DNA from: a virus
Direction: 5' to 3' (one strand)
Length of the DNA: 64,000 nt
Virus record (IMG/VR): IMGVR_UViG_3300035670_000033
Span: 64,001-128,000 of that record
Part shown: piece by piece, positions 9,038 to 18,036 of the stretch
Position numbering within the stretch: position 1 is the first letter of the stretch
How the letters are laid out: every line of letters starts with the position of its first letter
Position numbers and translations under genes: made by a program
Notes under the pieces: generated by a model
The model's database searches: none
What the model was told of the DNA's origin: nothing
The model's input: the letters and a program-made list of their open reading frames with translations, nothing else

Positions 9038-10966
9038 TCACTTGATTGGGCATGCACCTGTAGCGCAGTTGTCAAGGTCAAGATCAAGACCTGTTGCCTG
9101 ACTTAAAGGAACTGATGTGTCCACTTTCTTTACGAGCGCATCGTATTCACTTTGTGTGATTTGCTCATATGGTGGCAACGGGAAGTTGTGGTCGGCATGC
9201 AGAAGGAACGAAACCGACTTGACGCCTGTGTCGTAGTTCTTGGACAACCATTCTTTGATTGATTCAAGTTCTTCCTTGCGGTAGTACACGGTCACCGAAA
9301 CGGCGTTGTCTGCCCATTCGGTTTGCATCTTTTTCACCCATTCAAGTTGCTCTACGGCAGTCATGTTTTCGGCGAGCACAGCGTTTTCTGGTGACTTGCA
9401 TGGGAACTCAACAACATAGCGTGTGTGGTCTTCCCGTCCGTCAATACCAATGTCCCAAACAACCTTATGTCCTCGTGCTCGCAAGCCCGCTACAAGGGCG
9501 TCAGACGCGCCAAAACGCACCCTACGGATGTAGAAAGGAGCAAATGCGGGATGAATGCCCGGAGTGATTCCGGGGAGCAAGGAGAGCGTCCCTGAAGGCT
9601 GAACGGTGGTCAACCTTACAGAACGAGGGAAACCTTTTTCCTTTGAATAGTTGACATCAAATTCGTCAAGGTTGCGATATGCCTCATCCAACCAAGAAAC
9701 CTGTTCCTCTGAAGCCTGTAGAACCCCAGAGACACTTTGTCCTAGGCGCGCATTTTTTGCAACAATCGTGTTTGTTTTTGCGTAAGGATAAGTGAGGCGT
9801 GTTATCTGTTTTTGAACCATGTAAAGCAGTTCCGAAAGTTCTTTGAACTGTTCAATACTGCAAATATTCGGCAAAAATATTGTTGAAAGATTGCATGACT
9901 CTCCGTCACCCAAACCAATTTCTGCGCAAGGATTAAATCCTTCAATAGTCTTGTCGGCGCGCTCTTCTTTGAGGCGTCCAAACTTCCTTGCGAGACGACG
10001 ATTCACCAAACCGTATGGTTCACCGCCACCCGTGTAACCCTTCCAGAGTTCTGGCATGATGTGGTCGTAGTAGTCGGCGTAGATGCTGTTGTTTGAGTTT
10101 GCTCGGTAACCCGGGATATCGCCCGATGCCCAGTTCTTTGCTCGCAAAAAGAGAACATCATCAGGGTCTCCAATTGCGATCTGTGCTGAGCGTCGTGATG
10201 AACCAGAAACCACTACACGACCAATGATGTTGCAAATGTCAAGAACATCAATTGAGCGGAGTTTCTTTCCTTCGCGTGCTTCCATGACTTTGCAAATGTC
10301 TGCGATTCCGTCAACTAGTGCACCGGGTCCGCTTGCTGTGCCACCAAATGTCTTGAGTGGTGCACCGAATTCGCGAATAAGGATCGTTGAATAGGAAAAA
10401 GATTTGCCTGTATCAAAATACGATTTCAGAACACTGTGCAGGAGTCGTCGCCAACCCTGACGGGAGTCAGGAACAATGATGTCTGCATCGTTTGAACGGT
10501 CATGCGTGATTTTCACATTAGGCAAAACTTTTGGCAGATCATGGATTTTTGCCCGCTCAACGGAGAACCCAACACCACCTCCAAGCATGAGGTGGTCAAA
10601 TAGGAATTCAAAATCCTCTACTTTTTCTATGTTTACGAAATAGCAGTTATTCAGTGAAGCGGCATTGAACTGTTTGATTAACGGTGTTCCAAGTTGCCAT
10701 AGGGCGCGTCCAGAGAATGATCCACGCAGGTGAAAAACATGGTCAAATAGTTTTTCTGCTTGTTCTTTTGTTAGTGGTGTTCCGATTTCAATTGCGCCAT
10801 TAACGCATCGTTGTACTGTTTCTAGCCATGTTTCGTTTCGGTTCAATTCTTCAATCCGACGCGAGTATGTGCGCAGGTAGACAACCTCCCCAAGACCGCT
10901 GAATCCCCAAGGTGGGGTTTGTGTTTTGTATTGGTCTACGAACTCTTGGGATAACAGCGAAGTCAT
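9038..10966 (-). CDS. nrdJ: Class II (adenosylcobalamin-dependent) ribonucleotide reductase, monomeric RTPR type
   Basis: YLRTYSR, SLNNCYF, LMLGGGVGFS, VVSGSSRRSAQIAIG, GFNPCAEI, TTVQPSGTLSLL, C-terminal CATGACPIK; start MTSLL at 10966 with GAGGA SD. Confidence 0.92.
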   Translation of the reverse strand: MTSLLSQEFVDQYKTQTPPWGFSGLGEVVYLRTYSRRIEELNRNETWLETVQRCVNGAIEIGTPLTKEQAEKLFDHVFHLRGSFSGRALWQLGTPLIKQFNAASLNNCYFVNIEKVEDFEFLFDHLMLGGGVGFSVERAKIHDLPKVLPNVKITHDRSNDADIIVPDSRQGWRRLLHSVLKSYFDTGKSFSYSTILIREFGAPLKTFGGTASGPGALVDGIADICKVMEAREGKKLRSIDVLDICNIIGRVVVSGSSRRSAQIAIGDPDDVLFLRAKNWASGDIPGYRANSNNSIYADYYDHIMPELWKGYTGGGEPYGLVNRRLARKFGRLKEERADKTIEGFNPCAEIGLGDGESCNLSTIFLPNICSIEQFKELSELLYMVQKQITRLTYPYAKTNTIVAKNARLGQSVSGVLQASEEQVSWLDEAYRNLDEFDVNYSKEKGFPRSVRLTTVQPSGTLSLLPGITPGIHPAFAPFYIRRVRFGASDALVAGLRARGHKVVWDIGIDGREDHTRYVVEFPCKSPENAVLAENMTAVEQLEWVKKMQTEWADNAVSVTVYYRKEELESIKEWLSKNYDTGVKSVSFLLHADHNFPLPPYEQITQSEYDALVKKVDTSVPLSQATGLDLDLDNCATGACPIK

Positions 10967-11040
10967 TAAATCCTCTTTCGGCGCACTAGGCAATATGGGT
11001 GGAGAACAATAGTACAGCACCAAGGATTTTCAGTAAAACC

Positions 11041-11334
11041 CTAATTACGGGTAAGGTTATATTTTCTTGCCTCAGATAACGGTATCACTTGACCGACAGC
11101 GAATTTGCGAACTTTGGCAAAAACGCCAGCAGAAATTTCTTCATCAACGAAAAAATCTTCTTCTATTCGGAATGTTTGCTTGTCATCAATTGATTTGAAT
11201 ATACCCAACCCAAACAGTCGTTCAGGAGGTTTGTGTCCTTCGGGCACACAGTTCCCGTTGGGGTCGCCACAGACTATGCAAGGCTCGGAAGTTGCTCGCA
11301 GAATTTCTATATCACCAAAAATATACTCAGGCAT
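11041..11334 (-). CDS. Hypothetical protein (CxxC...C), leaderless
   Basis: PCIVCGDPNGNC; perfect TATAAT 5 nt upstream of ATG 11334. Confidence 0.55.
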   Translation of the reverse strand: MPEYIFGDIEILRATSEPCIVCGDPNGNCVPEGHKPPERLFGLGIFKSIDDKQTFRIEEDFFVDEEISAGVFAKVRKFAVGQVIPLSEARKYNLTRN

Positions 11335-11360
11335 ATGCAATTATACCTCTCCCCATCAAA

Positions 11361-11390
11361 GGAAAAAGGAGCGCCTTTCGGCGCTCCTTC
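11361..11390 (-). terminator. Rho-independent terminator
   Basis: Minus strand AAGGAGCGCC-GAAA-GGCGCTCCTT followed by a T run, downstream of 11430-11672. Confidence 0.75.
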
Positions 11391-11429
11391 CCTTCTATGC
11401 GAGGGGGCATAGACTGATTGCCCCAAAAG

Positions 11430-11672
11430 TTAGTTTTTGGGTGCGAACTTGTTTTCCAACTTCATTGCCTTCATTTCTTCTGCAAACAGTTCATCAAACT
11501 CTTCGCTATATCGGGTTTGTAGAACAAAAGATGCACGACGCTTTGCTTCATTGCGACGCTTTGCTTCAACTTTGCGCAGTTCGGCGCGACGAGCGCGCTC
11601 CTCTGCGGGTAGTGGCTTGCGTCCACGGCTAACCCCAAGTTTCTTTTTCAGTTGCTGATATGTTGTAGCCAT
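11430..11672 (-). CDS. Small basic helical protein (possible DNA binder)
   Basis: GVSRGRKPLP (AT-hook-like) followed by an Arg/Glu-rich helix. Confidence 0.55.
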   Translation of the reverse strand: MATTYQQLKKKLGVSRGRKPLPAEERARRAELRKVEAKRRNEAKRRASFVLQTRYSEEFDELFAEEMKAMKLENKFAPKN

Positions 11673-11805
11673 ATTGGGCTCCTATTTCTGTCTAGTGGTT
11701 TATGTCTTCTTGAAAAGAGAGACTAACTAACATGTCGGAGAAAAACAACTTTTTATATAAAAAAACTTAAATATTTATCCCCCGTATTCTCGGGGTTTTG
11801 GCAGG

Positions 11806-11840
11806 TTGCCGAACACCATACATGGGGCTACACTTACGGT
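11806..11840 (+). promoter_or_regulatory. Housekeeping-sigma-type promoter TTGCCG-N17-TACACT, leaderless transcript
   Basis: -35/-10 with 17-nt spacer, ATG 11841 six nt after the -10. Confidence 0.6.
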
Positions 11841-12368
11841 ATGAGTAATATACCTACAAATACTAAAGAAAGCGAACATATGGAAACATCACTAATAGCC
11901 ATACCAACCGTCAGGAACCTACAAGAGGCACGAATCCAATGCCTTGAATATGACGCCGTGATCACCGCAGGACCGTTCAAGGACGAAGTGCGTGACTTCA
12001 ACCACCCCGTACATAAAGTGGTTGAATTCAGGGACACCATATTTGAAAGTAACGGCGGACCGACATTTGACGATGTTGTTGAACTAGTTGAATTCGGCGC
12101 TGGCGTCCCAAAACTGTTGGTTCACTGTCATGCAGGAATTTCACGCTCTACGGCTACAGCATGGGGCGTTGCAATAGCAAACGGCTTTGATCCACTTGAA
12201 GCATTTTTGACTTTACAAAAAAATCATCCCATTGAAAAAAGTTTCTACCGTGGTGCCCGACGCACTTTTGCGCCAAACACACTGATGGTTAAACATTTGG
12301 ATAAGTACTTCAATCTTGGTACAACCCTGTCAGAAATACGCGGCAACCATGTAGAAATGGGCTGGTAA
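11841..12368 (+). CDS. Cys-based protein tyrosine/dual-specificity phosphatase-like (CX5R)
   Basis: LLVHCHAGISRSTATA P-loop; upstream FRD (acid loop); PNTLMV. Confidence 0.85.
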   Translation: MSNIPTNTKESEHMETSLIAIPTVRNLQEARIQCLEYDAVITAGPFKDEVRDFNHPVHKVVEFRDTIFESNGGPTFDDVVELVEFGAGVPKLLVHCHAGISRSTATAWGVAIANGFDPLEAFLTLQKNHPIEKSFYRGARRTFAPNTLMVKHLDKYFNLGTTLSEIRGNHVEMGW

Positions 12369-12371
12369 TTC

Positions 12372-13319
12372 ATGAAAGTTTTTTGGAACGAAACATACAC
12401 ATGTATTCAGCATGATTTTGACACATCACGAAAGTCAAACAATATTGTCAATCTAATCACTTCGGATAATGAAATTGCCGAAAGGGTTCGTTTGCTTAAA
12501 GACATACCTGAAATCACAATTGTTGACCCTGAACAAATCACGGACATCTCTGTAACAGATCGTCTTATCAGTAAATGGCTTACCCCGAAATATGTTGAAG
12601 CATTAAAGACAAACAACAACCCACACCTAGCGCAAAGCCAAGGTTTCGGGTGGTGCAAAAATACCTACAAGTTTGCCCGCGCGCACACGCACGGGTTAGT
12701 GGCATCAGTGGACGAGATAAAGGCAGGATCCAGTAGAAGTGGGAGCCTTTCTTCAGGGCTACACCATGCCTCAAGAGGTAGCGGTGCAGGTTTCTGCACG
12801 ATCAACGGAATCGCACTGTCAGCAATCTACGCATATCAGCAAGGGTTTGAACCTATCGTCCTTGATTTTGATGCTCACTGTGGTGGTGGAACAATGGACT
12901 TTTTGAAAGAATTCAACAAGAACTTTCAAACATCAGTTAAACCCATCAGACACATTGACCTATCAACCAACCATTTTGACGACTACGACATTGCCGAAAG
13001 CGAGACATGGGCATCCCTTCATGTTCTCTGCCGTGAAGAAAACTATTTAGATGAAATCCGTAACGCCATGAATTTGGCTGAACCATTCATTACAGATAAG
13101 ACATTGTTCATATACAACGCAGGCATTGACCCAATAGGATCTCATGGTATTGACGAAAGTGTTATAGCGGAACGAGAGAAAATGGTTTCTAATTTCATTG
13201 GTTCAAGTAAGGCTATTTTTGCTTTGGCAGGCGGATATTCGGGCGGTAAAACAACACGAGATGATGTAGCAAAAACACATCTCCGAACTATTTATGGTTG
13301 GTCATGGCAGACGAAATAA
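12372..13319 (+). CDS. Zn-dependent histone-deacetylase-family (HDAC/AcuC-like) hydrolase
   Basis: SSGLHHA, GFCTINGIA, LDFDAHCGGGT, YNAGIDP, LAGGY: the full HDAC-family motif series. Confidence 0.85.
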   Translation: MKVFWNETYTCIQHDFDTSRKSNNIVNLITSDNEIAERVRLLKDIPEITIVDPEQITDISVTDRLISKWLTPKYVEALKTNNNPHLAQSQGFGWCKNTYKFARAHTHGLVASVDEIKAGSSRSGSLSSGLHHASRGSGAGFCTINGIALSAIYAYQQGFEPIVLDFDAHCGGGTMDFLKEFNKNFQTSVKPIRHIDLSTNHFDDYDIAESETWASLHVLCREENYLDEIRNAMNLAEPFITDKTLFIYNAGIDPIGSHGIDESVIAEREKMVSNFIGSSKAIFALAGGYSGGKTTRDDVAKTHLRTIYGWSWQTK

Positions 13320-13570
13320 TTCACGGGCTTTACGCCACATATACGAACCTAAAATGCAGGTGCAACCTCTGCAAAAAGGCAGCGGCAGAGTACATGCGTG
13401 GGTACAGGAAAACTTCCGTCGGGAAGTCTCAGGCACGATTTCACCAAGTTGTTGCCAATAAGCGCTCACAGATTGCCATCAAATGGATTAAAGATAACCA
13501 TCCAGAACAATGGGATAAGATATGTTCACGAGCGCTAAAAATCGTTGAAAAACAAGAGAACGGAGAATGA
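13304..13570 (+). CDS. Small Cys-containing actinophage-type protein
   Basis: HGLYATYTNLKCRCNLCKKAAAEYMRGYR. Confidence 0.55.
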   Translation: MADEIIHGLYATYTNLKCRCNLCKKAAAEYMRGYRKTSVGKSQARFHQVVANKRSQIAIKWIKDNHPEQWDKICSRALKIVEKQENGE

Positions 13571-13571
13571 C

Positions 13572-13796
13572 ATGCCTTACGGTGGAGACAATATTGAAAG
13601 CCGATTTGAAGATTTTGTTGAAGAAACAAACCAAAAAATTAAAGAACTTGAAACAATGATTCGCTTGCTTCAGGATGAATTAAATACAGCAAAAAGGGAA
13701 ACAGCAAAGGTCAATATCACCAATCAGGACATAAAAAATTCACTTGGTTCCACAATCAAAACCGTAAGCGATATTGTCGGCAAAAGGTTTAAGTGA
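13572..13796 (+). CDS. Small coiled-coil protein
   Basis: GGAGA SD, heptad pattern. Confidence 0.5.
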   Translation: MPYGGDNIESRFEDFVEETNQKIKELETMIRLLQDELNTAKRETAKVNITNQDIKNSLGSTIKTVSDIVGKRFK

Positions 13797-13836
13797 GTTG
13801 TGGTGCTTTCCACTCAAAATAAACTAACATATGTAA

Positions 13837-13995
13837 ATGCTTGAGAAAACGAATTTAGCGGAGCAAGAGTTCAATCATCTCGTTGACGACGAGTTGGAAA
13901 GATTGCGCCGAGAGTTGGAAAAGTTGAAAAAGCAAATTGAATATCTTCAAAGCGATTTGAGATACCTAGAACTTCAAAACACAAAAAATCTTTAA
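13837..13995 (+). CDS. Small coiled-coil protein (52 aa)
   Basis: Hand-translated MLEKTNLAEQEFNHLVDDELERLRRELEKLKKQIEYLQSDLRYLELQNTKNL*. Confidence 0.45.
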   Translation: MLEKTNLAEQEFNHLVDDELERLRRELEKLKKQIEYLQSDLRYLELQNTKNL

Positions 13996-14145
13996 TTACT
14001 TTTTCTTATTTCTGATTTCGTCGTTTGGACTGAATCCCTCAAGCATGCCTTTCATGTAAGCATATTGCTCCTGTGGAGTCATATCCCAATAGGTTTTTTC
14101 AACCTTTTTAAACTTGCGAATCATTTTGTCTGTTAGTTTAGCCAT
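13996..14145 (-). CDS. Small hypothetical protein (49 aa), last gene of the head operon
   Basis: Hand-translated MAKLTDKMIRKFKKVEKTYWDMTPQEQYAYMKGMLEGFSPNDEIRNKKK*, abutting the 14147 stop. Confidence 0.5.
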   Translation of the reverse strand: MAKLTDKMIRKFKKVEKTYWDMTPQEQYAYMKGMLEGFSPNDEIRNKKK

Positions 14146-14146
14146 T

Positions 14147-14965
14147 TTAATTTCCCTCTTTTCTTCCTGTAACAATTATACGGAACGACTTTAAAGAAGT
14201 CAACTGTTCTGATAAAGATTTTTCGTTTGCCTTGTAGGTTTTGCTTATCTGCGGAGGCTCAATTGAGTCATATATCTTGGCAAGGTCGGCGAATACGGAG
14301 ACATCTATCGTTTCGGCTCCGTCCCCACCAGAGTCAATGGTTGTTCCAGTCCAGTCACCTGTAGCGAGTGCTATTTGAATTTGGTCTAGGTCTGCGACTG
14401 CTATCTGGTTTTCAGCCTTACCTCTTGCTGGCGCTTTAGCCATGTTTTCTGGTGTGTTGTCGTAGATATCAACAACATCAAGATAGAAGTCTTCTCCGTC
14501 AAGCCATCCGCCAATTCCGACTTCTCGTGCGCCTTCCTTCGGATTCAGAAATACTTCCTTACCATGAAATGCAAGCCAAGCCATTGTCGTTTTGATTGCC
14601 GAATCTTTGGGTTCGCCATTCTCATCAAAAACATCGGATTTTTTAAGTTTTACACCGTGTTTATTTCTTCCGATTGATATTCCAGTTCTAACATCGTCTG
14701 CAACAAGTTTGTCTACAGTGAATCCACCGTCACGACCTTTTTCAAGGATTGCTTTGATTCTTTTCTTTCTCTCTGGATCTGCTTTAACAAAAGACATTGT
14801 ACGCTTTTTTGTTGTTCTACGAACCATTTCGGCAGCCACTGGAAGAGGGACATTGTCTTCATCGCCGAGGGTAAACATTCCATCGCCATCTCCGTCTTTG
14901 GGCACTTTGTCGGAGGAGAAACCACCAATTGGTTGACCAAGTATTTTGTACAAAAGTTCGCTCAT
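14147..14965 (-). CDS. DGDGDG-tagged putative head-cargo protein
   Basis: N-terminal YKILGQPIGG...DGDGDGMFTLGDEDNVP shared with 18037 and 19440; C-terminal GGFT...IGGW...YLDV...NQIAVADL domain. Confidence 0.6.
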   Translation of the reverse strand: MSELLYKILGQPIGGFSSDKVPKDGDGDGMFTLGDEDNVPLPVAAEMVRRTTKKRTMSFVKADPERKKRIKAILEKGRDGGFTVDKLVADDVRTGISIGRNKHGVKLKKSDVFDENGEPKDSAIKTTMAWLAFHGKEVFLNPKEGAREVGIGGWLDGEDFYLDVVDIYDNTPENMAKAPARGKAENQIAVADLDQIQIALATGDWTGTTIDSGGDGAETIDVSVFADLAKIYDSIEPPQISKTYKANEKSLSEQLTSLKSFRIIVTGRKEGN

Positions 14966-14968
14966 TGG

Positions 14969-15316
14969 TTATTTTGCTTTTACGATTCCGTCGGGGATGA
15001 CAGCAAATCGGCATTTTCCTTCAGGGTTAACAGGTAACGAGATGATCTTGCATGAAGAACCACCTTCGTATAGAACACAATTGGAGCATTTTACGCCTAT
15101 CTGCGCGACTTCGTTTTGTGAAGGATCGTCGTATCCCGCCCAAACTCCTGTGTAATCTTGATTAAATTTTCCATATTTTTGAGTAATTTGAATGAGGGAA
15201 TCAGCCAGCGCTCGCTCTTCGGGGTGAAGGTTTGGCATTTTTGGTTTAGATATCGCAATCATTCTTACAGGGATTTGCGACATCAGCATTTCTATAATTG
15301 ATTTTTCTTTTTCCAT
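14969..15316 (-). CDS. Four-Cys (HiPIP-like pattern) protein
   Basis: KCSNCVLYEGGSSCKIISLPVNPEGKCRF (C-x2-C-x8-C-x12-C); start re-assigned to MEKEK. Confidence 0.5.
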   Translation of the reverse strand: MEKEKSIIEMLMSQIPVRMIAISKPKMPNLHPEERALADSLIQITQKYGKFNQDYTGVWAGYDDPSQNEVAQIGVKCSNCVLYEGGSSCKIISLPVNPEGKCRFAVIPDGIVKAK

Positions 15317-15317
15317 G

Positions 15318-15725
15318 TTATTTTGTTTCCTTTTTGAACTCTGCCCAAGTTTTATCCCCAACGCCATAATACTCTCTGGCGTTTCCTGACTGGATCATGT
15401 CAATATTTAGGCACGCTGTTTGAGGGTCTTCAATTTTGTCTGATGAGTAAATTCTTGCCAGAACACGACCATATTTGTCGTTCTTGTCGGGAATCGTGTT
15501 AACGAAAACCCATTTGTGGTTAGTCATCCAATCTTCAACAAACTTTTTTGCTTTTAGACCTAACTCTTTTTCTTTAAGATCTTTTGTTCGTGATTCAGGT
15601 GTGTTGACTCCATATAAACGAACACGGATTTTGTGATGCACGCTGAAACCTAAATCAACCATCAGGTCTACCGTGTCACCGTCAACTACTTTCAGGATTG
15701 TTGCACCATACCAAAATCTTTCCAC
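15318..15725 (-). CDS. Thermonuclease (SNase-fold) family nuclease
   Basis: KVVDGDTVDL, RVRLYGVNTPE, DKYGRVLA. Confidence 0.88.
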   Translation of the reverse strand: MERFWYGATILKVVDGDTVDLMVDLGFSVHHKIRVRLYGVNTPESRTKDLKEKELGLKAKKFVEDWMTNHKWVFVNTIPDKNDKYGRVLARIYSSDKIEDPQTACLNIDMIQSGNAREYYGVGDKTWAEFKKETK

Positions 15726-15727
15726 GG

Positions 15728-16489
15728 CTAATCCTTGTCCTTAGAGTTCTTATATCGTTCAAGCATTCGTTTGCCTTTAGCGGCTAATTCCCTAGCATCA
15801 TCCGCATTCTGTGGAACTGGTTCACCCCAAGCCGCCGCTGAAAGAGCAAGCCGAGTTGGGCGACCCTTTTCATCTTTCATAGGACCAGAAGGATTGGTGA
15901 AGAACCGTGTAAGAAATGATCCCTTACGACGCATCTTTTCTGGTGTGTCAGCAGGACCCTTGACACCCGGCTTCAAATTGGATCCATCTGTTCTGTTGAA
16001 ATGCGCACGACCCGCTGCGGTTAAACCACCTTTAGGGTCTCTCAGTGGTTTGGCAGATTTCTCTTTGACGATCGGACCACCAGCAACCCACGCACGGCAA
16101 GTCCTTTTTGATGCACATTTGAAATCAAATGCTTCGCAATATCCAAGTTCGCCAGCGCTATCAATTGCTTCCCACTCATCCTGACGATCCCCGCCAGTTA
16201 CACCTTTATTGATGCAGTCTTTCATTGAGGGTGTTTGAATGAAAAGTGAACAGTTACCGCACAATTGTTTTTTAGCGGAAGCATTATCAACGTCCCACTC
16301 TTTTGCTAACTTCCCCCAATACTCTGTGTTTGGTTCAGAAGGGTTGAGCGGACCATACATTGCTGTCTTTATCGCTTTTCCTCTGTTGGCAAGGTTTACG
16401 GCAATGTCCTGTGTGGCTTTAGGGCAAGATTCTTCTGCCTTGACACGGATAGAAATCGGTTGACCGTTGATTAAATCGGTAAATTTCAT
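15728..16489 (-). CDS. Two-module head-associated protein (Cys-rich module + DUF6321-like module)
   Basis: CPKATQDIAVNL..R...YGPLNP...CGNC...C...C...CRAW, then VKEKSA and KGGLTAAGRAHFN...RRKGSFLTRF. Confidence 0.55.
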   Translation of the reverse strand: MKFTDLINGQPISIRVKAEESCPKATQDIAVNLANRGKAIKTAMYGPLNPSEPNTEYWGKLAKEWDVDNASAKKQLCGNCSLFIQTPSMKDCINKGVTGGDRQDEWEAIDSAGELGYCEAFDFKCASKRTCRAWVAGGPIVKEKSAKPLRDPKGGLTAAGRAHFNRTDGSNLKPGVKGPADTPEKMRRKGSFLTRFFTNPSGPMKDEKGRPTRLALSAAAWGEPVPQNADDARELAAKGKRMLERYKNSKDKD

Positions 16490-16513
16490 AGTTCCTTATT
16501 ATCCCACAAAAAG

Positions 16514-16555
16514 CAAAAACCCCGCCCCAACCTTTCGGCTAGAGCGGGGTTTTTG
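16514..16555 (-). terminator. Terminator downstream of the major capsid gene
   Basis: CAAAAACCCCGC-N18-GCGGGGTTTTTG, A/T runs on both sides. Confidence 0.75.
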
Positions 16556-16570
16556 TTAATTACTTAATGA

Positions 16571-17884
16571 TTAGGCTGATGGAGCCGCATCAAAACTTAC
16601 CTTCACGAACGACTCTGGTCGCTTCACAGCGAGAGCGAGGCGTTGCTCGGCAAGGATCACAATTGCGTTACGCACGAAGAAGTCTGCGTGCTGTTCGCTA
16701 ATGCGGATGCTTGGTGATTCACGGTCGTAGATTTGTGCTCCCGTACCGAATGCACCGATAAGTGCTGTACCTTCAGCAATTGCAGGGGTGTCCACAACTG
16801 GGATCCTCCACAACTTCTGCTCGCCACCCATTGCAACAGAGACTGCTACGACATAAGCGCCGTTGCCGTCCTTGCTGAGTTCAATGTCTTCCCAATCGTT
16901 CGGGTTAAGAACGATACCCGATGGCTCGTAGTAAGCCAAGAAGGAAAGGGTTGCGGCACGACGGATTGCGTCAGCCTTGGTGTCGCTCATACCAGCAGTT
17001 GCTGAGTACACGCCATCCGACCAGTTGTAGGTCTGTACGCCTGAGGTATTCAAGATACCTGTCAGGTTTTCGCCAGTTCCCGAACCGTTAAGGATTTGTG
17101 CATCTTCCTGCAAGCGGAGACCGTACATCAACTCGTTGTCAATGATTGAGCGCAGTTGTGGCTCATCAGCAAGAACATTGCGGTGTGCGGCTTCCCAGTG
17201 AGCCAAGGTGCGAACAGGAGCCTGCTCACCAACGAAGGTGAAAGACGACTGTGGCTTGGCACCGAATGCGGAACCCGAACGCTCAGCAACTGCTGCTGCG
17301 TTGTTGGTGAATCCCGTCATGCGGAAGTATTCAATGATCGCAGCAGTTGTGGTGCGACTTGGGAACAAGTCACGAACACGCTTGGTGCGCATTGGAGGGA
17401 TGACGATTGCATCGCGTTGAATGGTTCCAAACGAGCCAGGTGTACCAGTTGGGAGTGCCGAGTACAAGTCCTTCTGACTGTACACTTCGCTACCCGACTT
17501 GTATGGTGCTGGCATGTTTGCTGAACCGCTAGCCAAAAGGGACTTGAACTCTGCTGAAGCAAGGAATGCTTCACCGATGCTCTTGCGACCCATTGACTGA
17601 ACTACTTGCTGGATTTCCTGTGAAGCGTAAGCAGAAGCCTGTGCTACTGAATCCTGTGGCTCTGAAGCCCACTTGTCAGCATCACGCATTGACTCAAGGC
17701 TCTCAACGAGCGACTTGATCTCGCGGATATCTGCCATGTTCTTGTCAAACGCGGTCTTTTGTTCTGCGGATACGACTACGGTGCCGTCTTCAATTTTGAA
17801 GTTGTCGGCGATTGTCTTGTTTTCTGCCATCTTGGCGCGCATTGCACCTTGAAGTTCAGTTAAACGGCTGTTGTCAAATGACAT
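16571..17884 (-). CDS. Major capsid protein, HK97 fold with N-terminal delta (scaffold) domain
   Basis: Coiled-coil N-terminus, GRK|SIGEAF candidate cleavage site, RVRDLF, VRTLAHW, LRLQEDAQILNGSG, ILAEQRLALAVKRPESF; AGGAG SD before ATG 17884. Confidence 0.93.
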   Translation of the reverse strand: MSFDNSRLTELQGAMRAKMAENKTIADNFKIEDGTVVVSAEQKTAFDKNMADIREIKSLVESLESMRDADKWASEPQDSVAQASAYASQEIQQVVQSMGRKSIGEAFLASAEFKSLLASGSANMPAPYKSGSEVYSQKDLYSALPTGTPGSFGTIQRDAIVIPPMRTKRVRDLFPSRTTTAAIIEYFRMTGFTNNAAAVAERSGSAFGAKPQSSFTFVGEQAPVRTLAHWEAAHRNVLADEPQLRSIIDNELMYGLRLQEDAQILNGSGTGENLTGILNTSGVQTYNWSDGVYSATAGMSDTKADAIRRAATLSFLAYYEPSGIVLNPNDWEDIELSKDGNGAYVVAVSVAMGGEQKLWRIPVVDTPAIAEGTALIGAFGTGAQIYDRESPSIRISEQHADFFVRNAIVILAEQRLALAVKRPESFVKVSFDAAPSA

Positions 17885-17985
17885 GTTTTTCACTCCTAGT
17901 GAATTGGATTTGGTTGGTGATTACTTATGTTTCTTTATTGCAGACTTCGGTAAGCACCTAGTCCAGTTACTATTACTGTAATACG

Positions 17986-18021
17986 AGAATAACATCAAAG
18001 TAGTATTAGAAATGCAACCCC
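17986..18021 (-). promoter_or_regulatory. Putative late promoter GGGGTTGCAT-N20-TATTCT for the capsid gene
   Basis: Reverse complement of 18012-18021 is GGGGTTGCAT; TATTCT at 17991-17986, exactly 20 nt downstream. Confidence 0.5.
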
Positions 18022-18036
18022 ATATTTAACACTTGG

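Noticed and set aside
10967-11040. Cobalamin riboswitch upstream of nrdJ
   Set aside because: The leader between the TACTAT -10 and the start is only about 40 nt, far too short, and no B12-box was recognised.
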